Shown: positions 18,401 to 33,200 of the stretch, in pieces
Position numbering within the stretch: the stretch's first letter is position 1
How the letters are laid out: every line of letters begins with the position of its first letter
Source: Eledone cirrhosa
Lineage: Eukaryota
Direction of reading: 5' to 3'
Length of the DNA: 64,000 bases
Assembly: GCA_964016885.1 (NCBI GenBank)
Contig: OZ024745.1
Location: 1,984,001-2,048,000, forward strand
Made by a program: the position numbers and the translations under genes
The notes under the pieces: generated by a model
The model's input: only the letters and a program-made list of their open reading frames with translations
The model's database searches: none
What the model was told of the DNA's origin: nothing

Positions 18401-21400
18401 ATACATATAGACACATTGGTTATAGAGAAAGGTATACTGTAACATGTATACAATACATATAGACACATTGGTTATAGAGAAAGGTAAACTGTAACATGTA
18501 TACAATATATGTAGACACATTGGTTATAGAGAAAGGTAAACTGTAACATGTATACAATATATGTAGACACATTGGTTATAGAGAAAGGTAAACTGTAACA
18601 TGTATACAATATATGTAGACACATTGGTTATAGAGAAAGGTATACTGTAACATGTATACAATATATGTAGACACATTGGTTATAGAGAAAGGTATACTGT
18701 AACATGTATACAATACATATAGACACATTGGTTATAGAGAAAGGTAAACTGTAACATGTATACAATATATGTAGACACATTGGTTATAGAGAAAGGTAAA
18801 CTGTAACATGTATATAATACATGTAGACACATTGGTTATAGAGAAAGATATACTGCAACATGTATACAAAATATGTAGACACATTGGTTATAGAGAACGG
18901 TAAACTGTAACATGTATATAATACATGTAGGCACATTGGTTATAGAGAAAGGTATACTGTAACATGTATACAATAAATGTAGACACATTGGTTATAGAGA
19001 AAGGTAAACTGTAACATGTATACAATATATGTAGACACATTGGTTATAGAGAAAGGTATACTGTAACATGTATATAATACATGTAGACATATAGGTTATA
19101 GAGAAAGGTATACTGTAACATGTATACAATATATGTAGACACATTCGTTATAGATAAAGGTATACTGTAAAATGTATACAATAAATGTAGACACATTGGT
19201 TATAGAGAAAGGTAAACTGTAACATGTATACATTATATATGTAGACACATTGGTTATAGAGAAAGGTATACTGTAACATGTATACAATATATGTAGACAC
19301 ATTCGTTATAGATAAAGGTATACTGTAACATGTATATAATACATGTAGACACATTGGTTATAGAGAAAGGTATACTGTAAAATGTATACAATATATCTAG
19401 ACACATTGGTTATAGAGAAAGGTATACTGTAACATGTATACAATATATGTAGACACATTGGTTATAGAGAAAGGTATACTGTAACATGTATACAATATAT
19501 GTAGACAGCTGGTTATAGAGAAAGGTATACTGTAACATGTATACAATATATGTAGACACATTGGTTATAGAGAAAGGTATACTGTAACATGTATATAATA
19601 CATGTAGACACATTGGTTATAGAGAATGATATACTGTAACATGTATACAATATATGTAGACACATTGGTTATAGAGAAAGGTATACTGTAACATGTATAC
19701 AATATATGTAGACACATTGGTTATAGAGAAAGGTATACTGTAACATGTATACAATACATGTAGACACATTGGTTATAGAGAAAGGTATACTGTAACATGT
19801 ATATAATACATGTAGACACATTGGTTATAGAGAAAGGTAAACTGTAACATGTATACAATACAGGTAGACACATTCGTTATAGAGAAAGGTACATTGTAAC
19901 ATGTATACAATATATGTAGACACATTGGTTATAGAGAAAGGTATACTGTAACATGTATATAATACATGTAGACACATTGGTTATAGAGAAAGGTATACTG
20001 TAACATGTATACAATACATGTAGACACATTGGTTATAGAGAAAGGTATACTGTAACATGTATATAATACATGTAGACACATTGGTTATAGAGAAAGGTAT
20101 ACTGTAACATGTATACAATATATGTAGACACGTTGGTTATAGATAAAGGTAAACTGTAACATGTATATAATACATGTAGGCACATTTGTTATAGAGAAAG
20201 GTATACTGTAACATGTATACAATACATGTAGACACATTCGTTATAGAGTAAGGTATACTGTAACATGTATACAATATATGTAGACACATTGGTTATAGAG
20301 AAAGGTAAACTGTAACATGTATATAATACATGTAGACACATTCGTTATAGAGAAAGGTATACTGTAACATGTATACAATACATGTAGACACATTCGTTAT
20401 AGAGAAAGGTATACTGTAACATGTATACAATACATGTAGACACATTGGCTATAGAGAAAGGTATACTGTAACATGTATAAAATACATGTAGTCACGTTGG
20501 TTATAGAGAAAGGTATACTGTAACATGTATATAATACATGTAGAAACATTGGTTATAGAGAAAGGTATACTGTAACATGTATACAATACATATAGACACA
20601 TTGGTTATAGAGAAAGGTAAACTGTAACATGTATACAATATATGTAGACACATTGGTTATAGAGAAAGGTAAACTGTAACATGTATACAATATAAGTAGA
20701 CACATTGGTTATAGAGAAAGGTATACTGTAACATGTATACAATATATGTAGTCACATTGGTTATAGAGATAGGTATACTGTAACATGTATATAATACATA
20801 TAGACACATTGGTTATAGAGAAAGGTATACTGTAACATGTATACAATACATGTAGACACATTGGTTATAGAGAAAGATATACTGCAACATGTATACAAAA
20901 TATGTAGACACATTGGTCATAGAGAACGGTAAACTGTAACATGTATATAATACATGTAGGCACATTGGTTATAGAGAAAGGTATACTGTAACATGTATAC
21001 AATAAATGTAGACACATTGGTTATAGAGAAAGGTAAACTGTAACATGTATACAATATATGTAGACACATTCGTTATAGAGAAAGGTATACTGTAACATGT
21101 ATATAATACATGTAGACACATTGATATAGAGAAAGGTATACTGTAAAATGTATACAATATATGTAGACACATTTGTTATAGAGAAAGGTATACTGTAACA
21201 TGTATACAATATATGTAGACACATTGGTTATAGAGAAAGATATACTGCAACATGTATACAAAATATGTAGACACATTGGTTATAGAGAACGGTAAACCGT
21301 AACATGTATATAATACATGTAGGCACATTGGTTATAGAGAAAGGTATACTGTAACATGTATACAATAAATGTAGACACATTCGTTATAGAGAAAGGTAAA

Positions 21401-21560
21401 CTGTAACATGTATACAATATAAGTAGACACATTCGTTATGGAGAAAGGTATACTGTAACATGTATACAATATATGTAGACACATTGGTTATAGAGAAAGG
21501 TATACTGTAACATGTATACAATATATGTAGACAACTGGTTATAGAGAAAGGTATACTGTA
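6500..21560. repeat. Large higher-order duplication of a roughly 6.4-kb unit, with the second copy internally expanded
   Basis: TATGTACACA at 7441/13779, GTAAATTGTAGC at 8821/15159 and identical ORFs at 9225/15563 share an offset of 6338. Later offsets are 6652 (10523/17175), 8887 (10523/19410) and 8835 (12134/20969). Confidence 0.8.
15551..20020. repeat. 2235-bp (43-monomer) tandem higher-order duplication
   Basis: Identical translated ORFs at 15563/17798, 16861/19096, 16913/19148 and 17175/19410. The unit contains a 2-bp deletion, a 2-bp insertion (TACATTATATATG) and a 1-bp deletion, giving 43x52-1 = 2235. Confidence 0.92.
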
Positions 21561-22740
21561 ACATTTATACAATATATGTAGGCACATTGGTTATAGAGAA
21601 AGGTATACTGTAACATGTATATAATACATGTAGACACATTGGTTATAGAGAAAGATATACTGTAACATGTATACAATATATGTAGACACATTGGTTATAG
21701 AGAAAGGTATACTGTAACATGTATACAATCTATGTAGACACATTGGTTATATAGAAAGGTATACTGTAACATGTATACAATACATGTAGACACATTGGTT
21801 ATAGAGAAAGGTATACTGTAACATGTATATATTACATGTAGACACATTGGTTATAGAGAAAGGTAAACTGTAACATGTATACAATACAGGTAGACACATT
21901 CGTTATAGAGAAAGTTACATTATAACATGTATACAATATATGTAGACACATTGGTTATAGAGAAAGGTATACTGTAACATGTATATAATACATGTAGACA
22001 CATTGGTTATAGAGAAAGGTATACTGTAACATGTATACAATATATGTAGACACATTCGTTATAGATAAAGGTATACTGTAACATGTATATAATACATGTA
22101 GACACATTGGTTATAGAGAAAGGTATACTGTAAAATGTATACAATATATCTAGACACGTTGGTTATAGAGAAAGGTATACTGTAACATGTATACAATATA
22201 TGTAGACACATTGGTTATAGAGAAAGGTATACTGTAACATGTATACAATATATGTAGACAACTGGTTATAGAGAAAGGTATACTTTAACATGTATACAAT
22301 ATATGTAGGCACATTGGTTATAGAGAAAGGTATACTGTAACATGTATATAATACATGTAGACACATTGGTTATAGAGAAAGATATACTGTAACATGTATA
22401 CAATATATGTAGACACATTGGTTATAGAGAAAGGTATACTGTAACATGTATACAATCTATGTAGACACATTGGTTATATAGAAAGGTATACTGTAACATG
22501 TATACAATACATGTAGACACATTGGTTATAGAGAAAGGTATACTGTAACATGTATATATTACATGTAGACACATTGGTTATAGAGAAAGGTAAACTGTAA
22601 CATGTATACAATACAGGTAGACACATTCGTTATAGAGAAAGTTACATTATAACATGTATACTATATATGTAGACACATTGGTTATAGAGAAAGGTATACT
22701 GTAACATGTATATAATACATGTAGACACATTGGTTATAGA
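21480..22740. repeat. 727-bp (14-monomer) offset duplication in satA
   Basis: GTATACAATCTATG at 21721 and 22448. TATATTACATG and AAAGTTACATTATAAC also recur at the same offset. Confidence 0.8.
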
Positions 22741-24599
22741 GAAAGGTATACTGTAACATGTATACAATACATGTAGACACATTGGTTATAGAGAAAGGTA
22801 TACTGTAACATGTATATAATACATGTAGACACATTGGTTATAGAGAAAGGTATACTGTAACATGTATACAATATATGTAGACACGTTGGTTATAGATAAA
22901 GGTAAACTGTAACATGTATATAATACATGTAGACACATTGGTTATAGAGAAAGGTATACTGTAACATGTATACAATACATGTAGACACATTCGTTATAGA
23001 GTAAGGTATACTGTAACATGTATACAATATATGTAGACACATTGGTTATAGAGAAAGGTAAACTGTAACATGTATATAATACATGTAGACACATTCGTTA
23101 TAGGGAAAGGTATACTGTAACATGTATACAATACATGTAGACACATTCGTTATAGAGAAAGGTATACTGTAACATGTATATAATACATGTAGACACATTG
23201 GTTATATAGAAAGGTATACTGTAACATGTATACAATACATGTAGACACATTGGTTATAGAGAAAGGTATACTGTAACATGTATAAAATACATGTAGACAC
23301 GTTGGTTATAGAGAAAGGTAAACTGTAACATGTATATAATACATGTAGAAACATTGGTTATAGAGAAAGGTATACTGTAACATGTATACAATACATATAG
23401 ACACATTGGTTATAGAGAAAGGTAAACTGTAACATGTATACAATATATGTAGACACATTGGTTATAGAGAAAGGTATGCTGTAACATGTATACAATATAT
23501 GTAGACACATTGGTTATAGAGAAAGGTATACTGTAACATGTATACAATATATGTAGTCACATTGGTTATAGAGAAAGGTATACTGTAACATGTATATAAT
23601 ACATATAGACACATTGGTTATAGAGAAAGGTATACTGTAACATGTATACAATACATGTAGACACATTGGTTATAGAGAAAGATATACTGCAACATGTATA
23701 CAAAATATGTAGACACATTGGTTATAGAGAAAGGTAAACTGTAACATGTATACAATATATGTAGATACATTCGTTATAGAGAAAGGTATACTGTAACATG
23801 TATATAATACATGTAGACACATTGGTTATAGAGAAAGGTATACTGTAAAATGTATACAATATATGTAGACACATTGGCTATAGAGAAAGGTATACTGTAA
23901 CATGTATACAATATATGTAGACACATTGGTTATAGAGAAAGGTATACTGTAACATGTATACAATATATGTAGACAACTGGTTATAGAGAAAGGTATACTG
24001 TAACATGTATACAATATATGTAGACACATTGGTTATAGAGAAAGGTATACTGTAACATGTATATAATACATGTAGACACATTGGTTATAGAGAAAGATAT
24101 ACTGTAACATGTATACAATATATGTAGACACATTGGTTATAGAGAAAGGTATACTGTAACATGTATACAATATATGTAGACACATTGGTTATAGAGAAAG
24201 GTATACTGTAACATGTATACAATATATGTAGACAACTGGTTATAGAGAAAGGTATACTGTAACATGTATACAATATATGTAGACAGATTGGTTATAGAGA
24301 AAGGTATACTGTAACATGTATACAATATAAGTAGACACATTGGTTATAGAGAAAGGTATACTGTAACATGTATACAATATATGTAGACACATTGGTTATA
24401 GAGAAAGTTAAACCGTAACATGTATACAATACATGTAGACACGTTGGTTATAGAAAAAGGTATACTGTAACATGTATACAATATATGTAGACACATTGGT
24501 TATAGAGAAAGGTATACTGTAACATGTATACAATATATGTAGACACATTGGTTATAGAGAAAGGTATACTGTAACATGTATACAATATATGTAGACACA

Positions 24600-27500
24600 T
24601 TGGTTATAGAGAAAGGTATACTGTAACATGTATACAATACATGTAGACACATTGGTTATAGAGAAAGGTATACTGTAACATGTATACAATACATGTAGAC
24701 ACATTGGTTATAGAGAAAGGTATACTGTAACATGTATATAATACATGTAGACACATTGGTTATAGAGAAAGGTATATTGTAACATGTATACAATACATGT
24801 AGACACATTGGTTATAGAGAAAGGTATACTGTAACATGTATATAATGAATGTAGACACATTGGTTATAGAGAAAGATATACTGCAACATGTATACAATAC
24901 ATGTAGACACATTGGTTATAGAGAAAGGTATACTGTAACATGTATATAATACATGTAGACACATTGGTTATAGAGAAAGATATACCGCAACATGTATACA
25001 AAATATGTAGACACATTGGTTATAGAGAACGGTAAACTGTAACATGTATATAATACATGTAGGCACATTGGTTATAGAGAAAGGTATACTGTAACATGTA
25101 TACAATAAATGTAGACACATTGGTTATAGAGAAAGATATACTGTAACATGTATACAATATATGTAGACACATTGGTTATAGAGAAAGGTATACTGTAACA
25201 TGTATACAATATATGTAGACACATTGGTTATAGAGAAAGGTATACTGTAACATGTATACAATATATGTAGACACATTCGTTATAGAGAAAGGTATACTGT
25301 AACATGTATATAATACATGTAGACACATTGGTTATAGAGAAAGGTATACTGTAACATGTATACAATATATGTAGACACATTGGTTATAGAGAAAGGTATA
25401 CTGTAACATGTATATAATACATGTAAACAGATTGGTTATAGAGAAAGGTATACTGTAACATGTATACAATATATGTAGACAACTGGTTATAGAGAAAGGT
25501 ATACTGTAACATGTATACAATATATGTAGACACATTGGTTATAGAGAAAGGTATACTGTAACATGTATACAATATATGTAGACAACTGGTTATAGAGAAA
25601 GGTATACTGTAACATGTATACAATATATGTAGACACATTGGTTATAGAGAAAGGTATACTGTAACATGTATATAATACATGTAGACACATTGGTTATAGA
25701 GAAAGATATACTGTAACATGTATACATTATATGTAGACACATTGGTTATAGAGAAAGGTATACTGTAACATGTATACAATATATGTAGACACATTGGTTA
25801 TAGAGAAAGGTATACTGTAACATATATACAATACATGTAGGCACATTGGTTATAGAGAAAGGTATACTGTAACATGTATATAATACATGTAGACACATTG
25901 GTTATATAGAAAGGTATACTGTAACATGTATACAATACATGTAGACACAGTGGTTATAGAGAAAGGTATACTGTAACATGTATAAAATACATGTAGACAC
26001 GTTGGTTATAGAGAAAGGTAAACTGTAACATGTATATAATACATGTAGAAACATTGGTTATAGAGAAAGGTATACTGTAACATGTATACAATACATATAG
26101 ACACATTGGTTATAGAGAAAGGTAAACTGTAACATGTATACAATATATGTAGACACATTGGTTATAGAGAAAGGTAAACTGTAACATGTATACAATATAT
26201 GTAGACACATTGGTTATAGAGAAAGGTATGCTGTAACATGTATACAATATATGTAGACACATTGGTTATAGAGAAAGGTATACTGTAACATGTATACAAT
26301 ATATGTAGTCACATTCGTTATAGAGAAAGGTATACTGTAACATGTATATAATACATATAGACACATTGGTTATAGAGAAAGGTATACTGTAACATGTATA
26401 CAATACATGTAGACATATTGGTTATAGAGAAAGATATACTGCAACATGTATACAAAATATGTAGACACATTGGTTATAGAGAAAGGTAAACTGTAACATG
26501 TATACAATATATGTAGATACATTCGTTATAGAGAAAGGTATACTGTAACATGTATATAATACATGTAGACACATTGGTTATAGAGAAAGGTATACTGTAA
26601 AATGTATACAATATATGTAGACACATTGGTTATAGAGAAAGATATACTGTAACATGTATACATTATATGTAGACACATTGGTTATAGAGAAAGGTATACT
26701 GTAACATGTATACAATATATGTAGACAACTGGTTATAGAGAAAGGTATACTGTAACATGTATACAATATATGTAGACACATTGGTTATAGAGAAAGGTAT
26801 ACTGTAACATGTATACAATACATGTAGACACATTGGTTATAGAGAAAGGTATACTGTAACATGTATATAATACATGTAGACACATTGGTTATAGAGAAAG
26901 GTATATTGTAACATGTATACAATACATGTAGACACATTGGTTATAGAGAAAGGTATACTGTAACATGTATATAATGAATGTAGACACATTGGTTATAGAG
27001 AAAGATATACTGCAACATGTATACAATACATGTAGACACATTGGTTATAGAGAAAGGTATACTGTAACATGTATATAATACATGTAGACACATTGGTTAT
27101 AGAGAAAGATATACCGCAACATGTATACAAAATATGTAGACACATTGGTTATAGAGAACGGTAAACTGTAACATGTATATAATACATGTAGGCACATTGG
27201 TTATAGAGAAAGGTATACTGTAACATGTATACAATAAATGTAGACACATTGGTTATAGAGAAAGGTAAACTGTAACATGTATACAATATATGTAGACACA
27301 TTCGTTATAGAGAAAGGTATACTGTAACATGTATATAATACATGTAGACACATTGGTAATAGAGAAAGATATACTGTAACATGTATACAATATATGTAGA
27401 CACATTGGTTATAGAGAAAGGTATACTGTAACATGTATACAATATATGTAGACACATTGGTTATAGAGAAAGGTATACTGTAACATGTATACAATATATG

Positions 27501-29330
27501 TAGACACATTCGTTATAGAGAAAGGTATACTGTAACATGTATATAATACATGTAGACACATTGGTTATAGAGAAAGGTATACTGTAACATGTATACAATA
27601 TATGTAGACACATTGTTTATAGAGAAAGGTATACTGTAACATGTATATAATACATGTAAACAGATTGGTTATAGAGAAAGGTATACTGTAACATGTATAT
27701 AATACATGTAGACACATTGGTTATATAGAAAGGTATACTGTAACATGTATACAATACATGTAGACACAGTGGTTATAGAGAAAGGTATACTGTAACATGT
27801 ATAAAATACATGTAGACACGTTGGTTATAGAGAAAGGTAAACTGTAACATGTATATAATACATGTAGAAACATTGGTTATAGAGAAAGGTATACTGTAAC
27901 ATGTATACAATACATATAGACACATTGGTTATAGAGAAAGGTAAACTGTAACATGTATACAATATATGTAGACACATTGGTTATAGAGAAAGGTAAACTG
28001 TAACATGTATACAATATATGTAGACACATTAGTTATAGAGAAAGGTATGCTGTAACATGTATACAATATATGTAGACACATTGGTTATAGAGAAAGGTAT
28101 ACTGTAACATGTATACAATATATGTAGTCACATTGGTTATAGAGAAAGGTATACTGTAACATGTATATAATACATATAGACACATTGGTTATAGAGAAAG
28201 GTATACTGTAACATGTATACAATATATGTAGACAACTGGTTATAGAGAAAGGTATACTGTAACATGTATACAATATATGTAGACACATTGGTTATAGAGA
28301 AAGGTATACTGTAACATGTATACAATATATGTAGACAACTGGTTATAGAGAAAGGTATACTGTAACATGTATACAATATATGTAGACACATTGGTTATAG
28401 AGAAAGGTATACTGTAACATGTATATAATACATGTAGACACATTGGTTATAGAGAAAGATATACTGTAACATGTATACATTATATGTAGACACATTGGTT
28501 ATAGAGAAAGGTATACTGTAACATGTATACAATATATGTAGACACATTGGTTATAGAGAAAGGTATACTGTAACATGTATACAATACATGTAGGCACATT
28601 GGTTATAGAGAAAGGTATACTGTAACATGTATATAATACATGTAGACACATTGGTTATATAGAAAGGTATACTGTAACATGTATACAATACATGTAGACA
28701 CAGTGGTTATAGAGAAAGGTATACTGTAACATGTATAAAATACATGTAGACACGTTGGTTATAGAGAAAGGTAAACTGTAACATGTATATAATACATGTA
28801 GAAACATTGGTTATAGAGAAAGGTATACTGTAACATGTATACAATATATGTAGACACATTGGTTATAGAGAAAGGTATGCTGTAACATGTATACAATATA
28901 TGTAGACACATTGGTTATAGAGAAAGGTAAACTGTAACATGTATACAATATATGTAGACACATTGGTTATAGAGAAAGGTATGCTGTAACATGTATACAA
29001 TATATGTAGACACATTGGTTATAGAGAAAGGTATACTGTAACATGTATACAATATATGTAGTCACATTCGTTATAGAGAAAGGTATACTGTAACATGTAT
29101 ATAATACATATAGACACATTGGTTATAGAGAAAGGTATACTGTAACATGTATACAATACATGTAGACATATTGGTTATAGAGAAAGATATACTGCAACAT
29201 GTATACAAAATATGTAGACACATTGGTTATAGAGAAAGGTAAACTGTAACATGTATACAATATATGTAGATACATTCGTTATAGAGAAAGGTATACTGTA
29301 ACATGTATATAATACATGTAGACACATTGG
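24600..29330. repeat. Shuffled block duplications with offsets of about 2.1-2.75 kb
   Basis: TATAATGAAT at 24841/26970 (offset 2129). ORF ends at 25384/28137 and 25487/28240 (offset 2753). Confidence 0.75.
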
Positions 29331-30289
29331 TTATAGAGAAAGGTATACTGTAACATGTATACAATATATGTAGACACATTCGTTATAGAGAAAGGTATAC
29401 TGTAACATGTATATAATACATGTAGACACATTGGTTATAGAGATAGGTATACTGTAACAGGTATATAATATATGTAGACACATTGGTTATAGAGAAAGGT
29501 ATACTGTAACATGTATATAATACATGTAGACACATTGGTTATAGAGAAAGGTATACTGTAACATGTATACAATATATGTAGACAACTGGTTATAGAGAAA
29601 GGTATAATGTAACATGTATACAATACATGTAGACACATTGGTTATAGAGAAAGGTATACTCTAACATGTATATAATACATGTAGACACATTGGTTATAGA
29701 GAAAGGTATACTGTAACATGTATACAAAATATGTAGACACATTGGTTATAGAAAACGGTAAACTGTAACATGTATACAATATATGTAGACACATTGGTTA
29801 TAGAGAAATTTAAACTGTAACATGTATAAAATACATGTAGACATATTGGTTATAGAGAAAGGTATACTGTAACATGTATATAATACATGTAGACACGTTG
29901 GTTATAGAGAAAAATATACTGTAACATGTATACACTATATGTAGACACATTGGTTATAGAGAAAGGTATACTGTAACATGTATATAATATATGTAGACAC
30001 ATTGGATATAGAGAAAGGTATACTGTAACATGTATATAATACATGTAGACACATTGGTTATAGAGAAAAATATACTGTAACATGTATACACTATATGTAG
30101 ACACATTGGTTATAGAGAAAGGTATACTGTAACATGTATACAATACATGTAGACACATTGGTTATAGAGAAAGGTATACTGTAACATGTATACAATACAT
30201 GTAGACACATTGGTTATAGATAAAGGTATACTGTAACATGTATACAATACGTGTAGACACATTGGTTATAGAGAAAGGTATACTGTAAC

Positions 30290-33200
30290 ATGTATAAAAT
30301 ACATGTAGACACATTGGTTATATAGAAAGGTAAACTGTAACATGTATACAATATATGTAGACACATTGGTTATAGCGAAAGGTATACTGTAACATGTATA
30401 CAATATATGTAGACACATTGGTTATTGAGAAAGGTGTACTGTAACATGTATACAATACATATAGACACATTGGTTATAGAGAAAGGTAAACTGTAACATG
30501 TATACAATACGTGTAGACACATTGGTTATAGGGAAGGGTATACTGTAACATGTATACAATATATGTAGACACATTGGTTATAGAGAAAGGTAGACTGTAA
30601 CATGTATACAATACGTGTAGACACATTGGTTATAGAAAAAGGTAAACTGTAACATGTATACAATATATGTAGACACGTTGGTTATAGCGAAAGGTATACT
30701 GTAACATGTATACAATATATGTAGACACATTGGTTATAGAGAAAGGTATACTGTAACATGTATACAATATATGTAGACACATTGGTTATTGAGAAAGGTG
30801 TACTGTAACACGTATACAATACATATAGACACATTGGTTATAGAGAGAGGTATACTGTAACATGTATACAGTACATGTAGACACATTGGTTATAGAGAAA
30901 GGTAAACTGTAACATGTATACAATATATATAGACACATTGGTTATAGAGAGAGGTATACTGTAACATGTATACAGTACATGTAGACACATTGGTTATAGA
31001 GAAATTTAAACTGTAACATGTATACAATATATGTAGACACATTGGTTATAGAGAAATTTAAACTGTAACATGTATAAAATACATGTAGACATATTGGTTA
31101 TAGAGAAAGGTATACTGTAACATGTATATAATATATGTAGACACATTGGATATAGAGAAAGGTATACTGTAACATGTATATAATACATGTAGACACATTG
31201 GTTATAGAGAAAAATATACTGTAACATGTATACACTATATGTAGACACATTGGTTATAGAGAAAGGTAAACTGTAACATGTATACAATACATATAGACAC
31301 ATTGGTTATAGAGAAAGGTAAACTGTAACATGTATACAATATATGTAGACACATTGGTTATAGAGAAATGTATACTGTAACATGTATACAATACATGTAG
31401 ACACATTGTTTATAGAGATAGGTAAACTGTAACATGTATACAATATATGTAGACACATTGGTTATAGAGAAAGGTAAACCGTAACATGTATACAATACAT
31501 GTAGACACATTGGTTATAGAAAAAGGTAAACTGTAACATGTATATAATACATGTAGACACATTGGTTATAGAGAAAGGTATACTATAACATGTATACAAT
31601 ACATGTAGACACATTGGTTATAGAGAAAGGTAAACTGTAACATGTATACAATACAGGTAGACACATTAGTTATAGAGAAAGGTACATTGTAACATGTATA
31701 CAATACATGTAGACACATTGGTTATAGAGAAAGGTATACTGTAACATGTATATAATACATGTAGACACATTGGTTATAGAGAAAGGTATACTGTAACATG
31801 TATACAATACAGGTAGACACGTTCGTTATAGAGAAAGGTACATTGTAACATGTATACAATATATGTAGACACATTGGTTATAGAGAAAGGTATACTGTAA
31901 CATGTATACAATACATGTAGACACATTGGTTATAGAGAAAGGTATACTGTAACATGTATACAATAGATGTAGACACATTGGTTATAGAGAAAGGTATACT
32001 GTAACATGTATATAATACATGTAGACACATTGGTTATAGAGAAAGGTATACTGTAACATGTATACAATACATGTAGACACATTGGTTATAGAGAAAGGTA
32101 TACTGTAACATGTATGTAATACATGTAGACACATTGGTTATAGAGAAAGGTAAACTGTAACATGCATACAATACATGTAGACACATTGGTTATAGATAAA
32201 GGTATACTGTAACATGTATACAATACGTGTAGACACATTGGTTATAGAGAAAGGTATACTGTAACATGTATAAAATACATGTAGACACATTGGTTATAAA
32301 GAAAGGTAAACTGTAACATGTATACAATATATGTAGACACATTGGTTATAGCGAAAGGTAAACTGTAACATGTATACAATATATGTAGACACATTGGTTA
32401 TTGAGAAAGGGGTACTGTAACATGTATACAATACATATAGACACATTGGTTATAGAGAAAGGTAAACTGTAACATGTATACAATACGTGTAGACACATTG
32501 GTTATAGGGAAAGGTATACTGTAACATGTATACAATATATGTAGACACATTGGTTATAGAGAAAGGTAGACTGTAACATGTATACAATACGTGTAGACAC
32601 ATTGGTTATAGAAAAAGGTAAACTGTAACATCTATACAATATATGTAGACACGTTGGTTATAGCGAAAGGTATACTGTAACATGTATACAATATATGTAG
32701 ACACATTGGTTATAGAGAAAGGTATACTGTAACATGTATACAATATATGTAGACACATTGGTTATTGAGAAAGGTGTACTGTAACACGTATACAATACAT
32801 ATAGACACATTGGTTATAGAGAGAGGTATACTGTAACATGTATATAATACATGTAGACACATTGGTTATAGAGAAAGGTATACTGTAACATGTATATAAT
32901 ACATGTAGACATATAGGTTATAGTGAAAGGTATACTGTAACATGTATACAATATATGTGGACACATTGGTTATAGAGAAAGGTAAACTGTAACATGTATA
33001 CAATATATATAGACACATTGGTTATAGAGAAAGGTATACTGTAACATGTATACAATACATGTAGACACATTTGTTATAGAGAAAGGTATACTGTAACATG
33101 TATACAATACATGAAGACACATTGGTTATAGAGAAAGGTATACTGTAACATGTATACAGTACATGTAGACACATTGGTTATAGAGAAAGGTAAACTGTAA

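Larger units (their letters stand above)
1..29400. repeat. satA left subfamily domain (A1)
   Basis: Recurrent markers: ATATACTGCAAC..CAAAATATG, GAGAACGGTAAAC, CAATAAATG, GGTATGCTG, ATTGCTTATAG, TTCGTTACAGAG. Last CTGCAAC seen at about 29192 and last GGTATGCT at about 28978. Confidence 0.85.
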
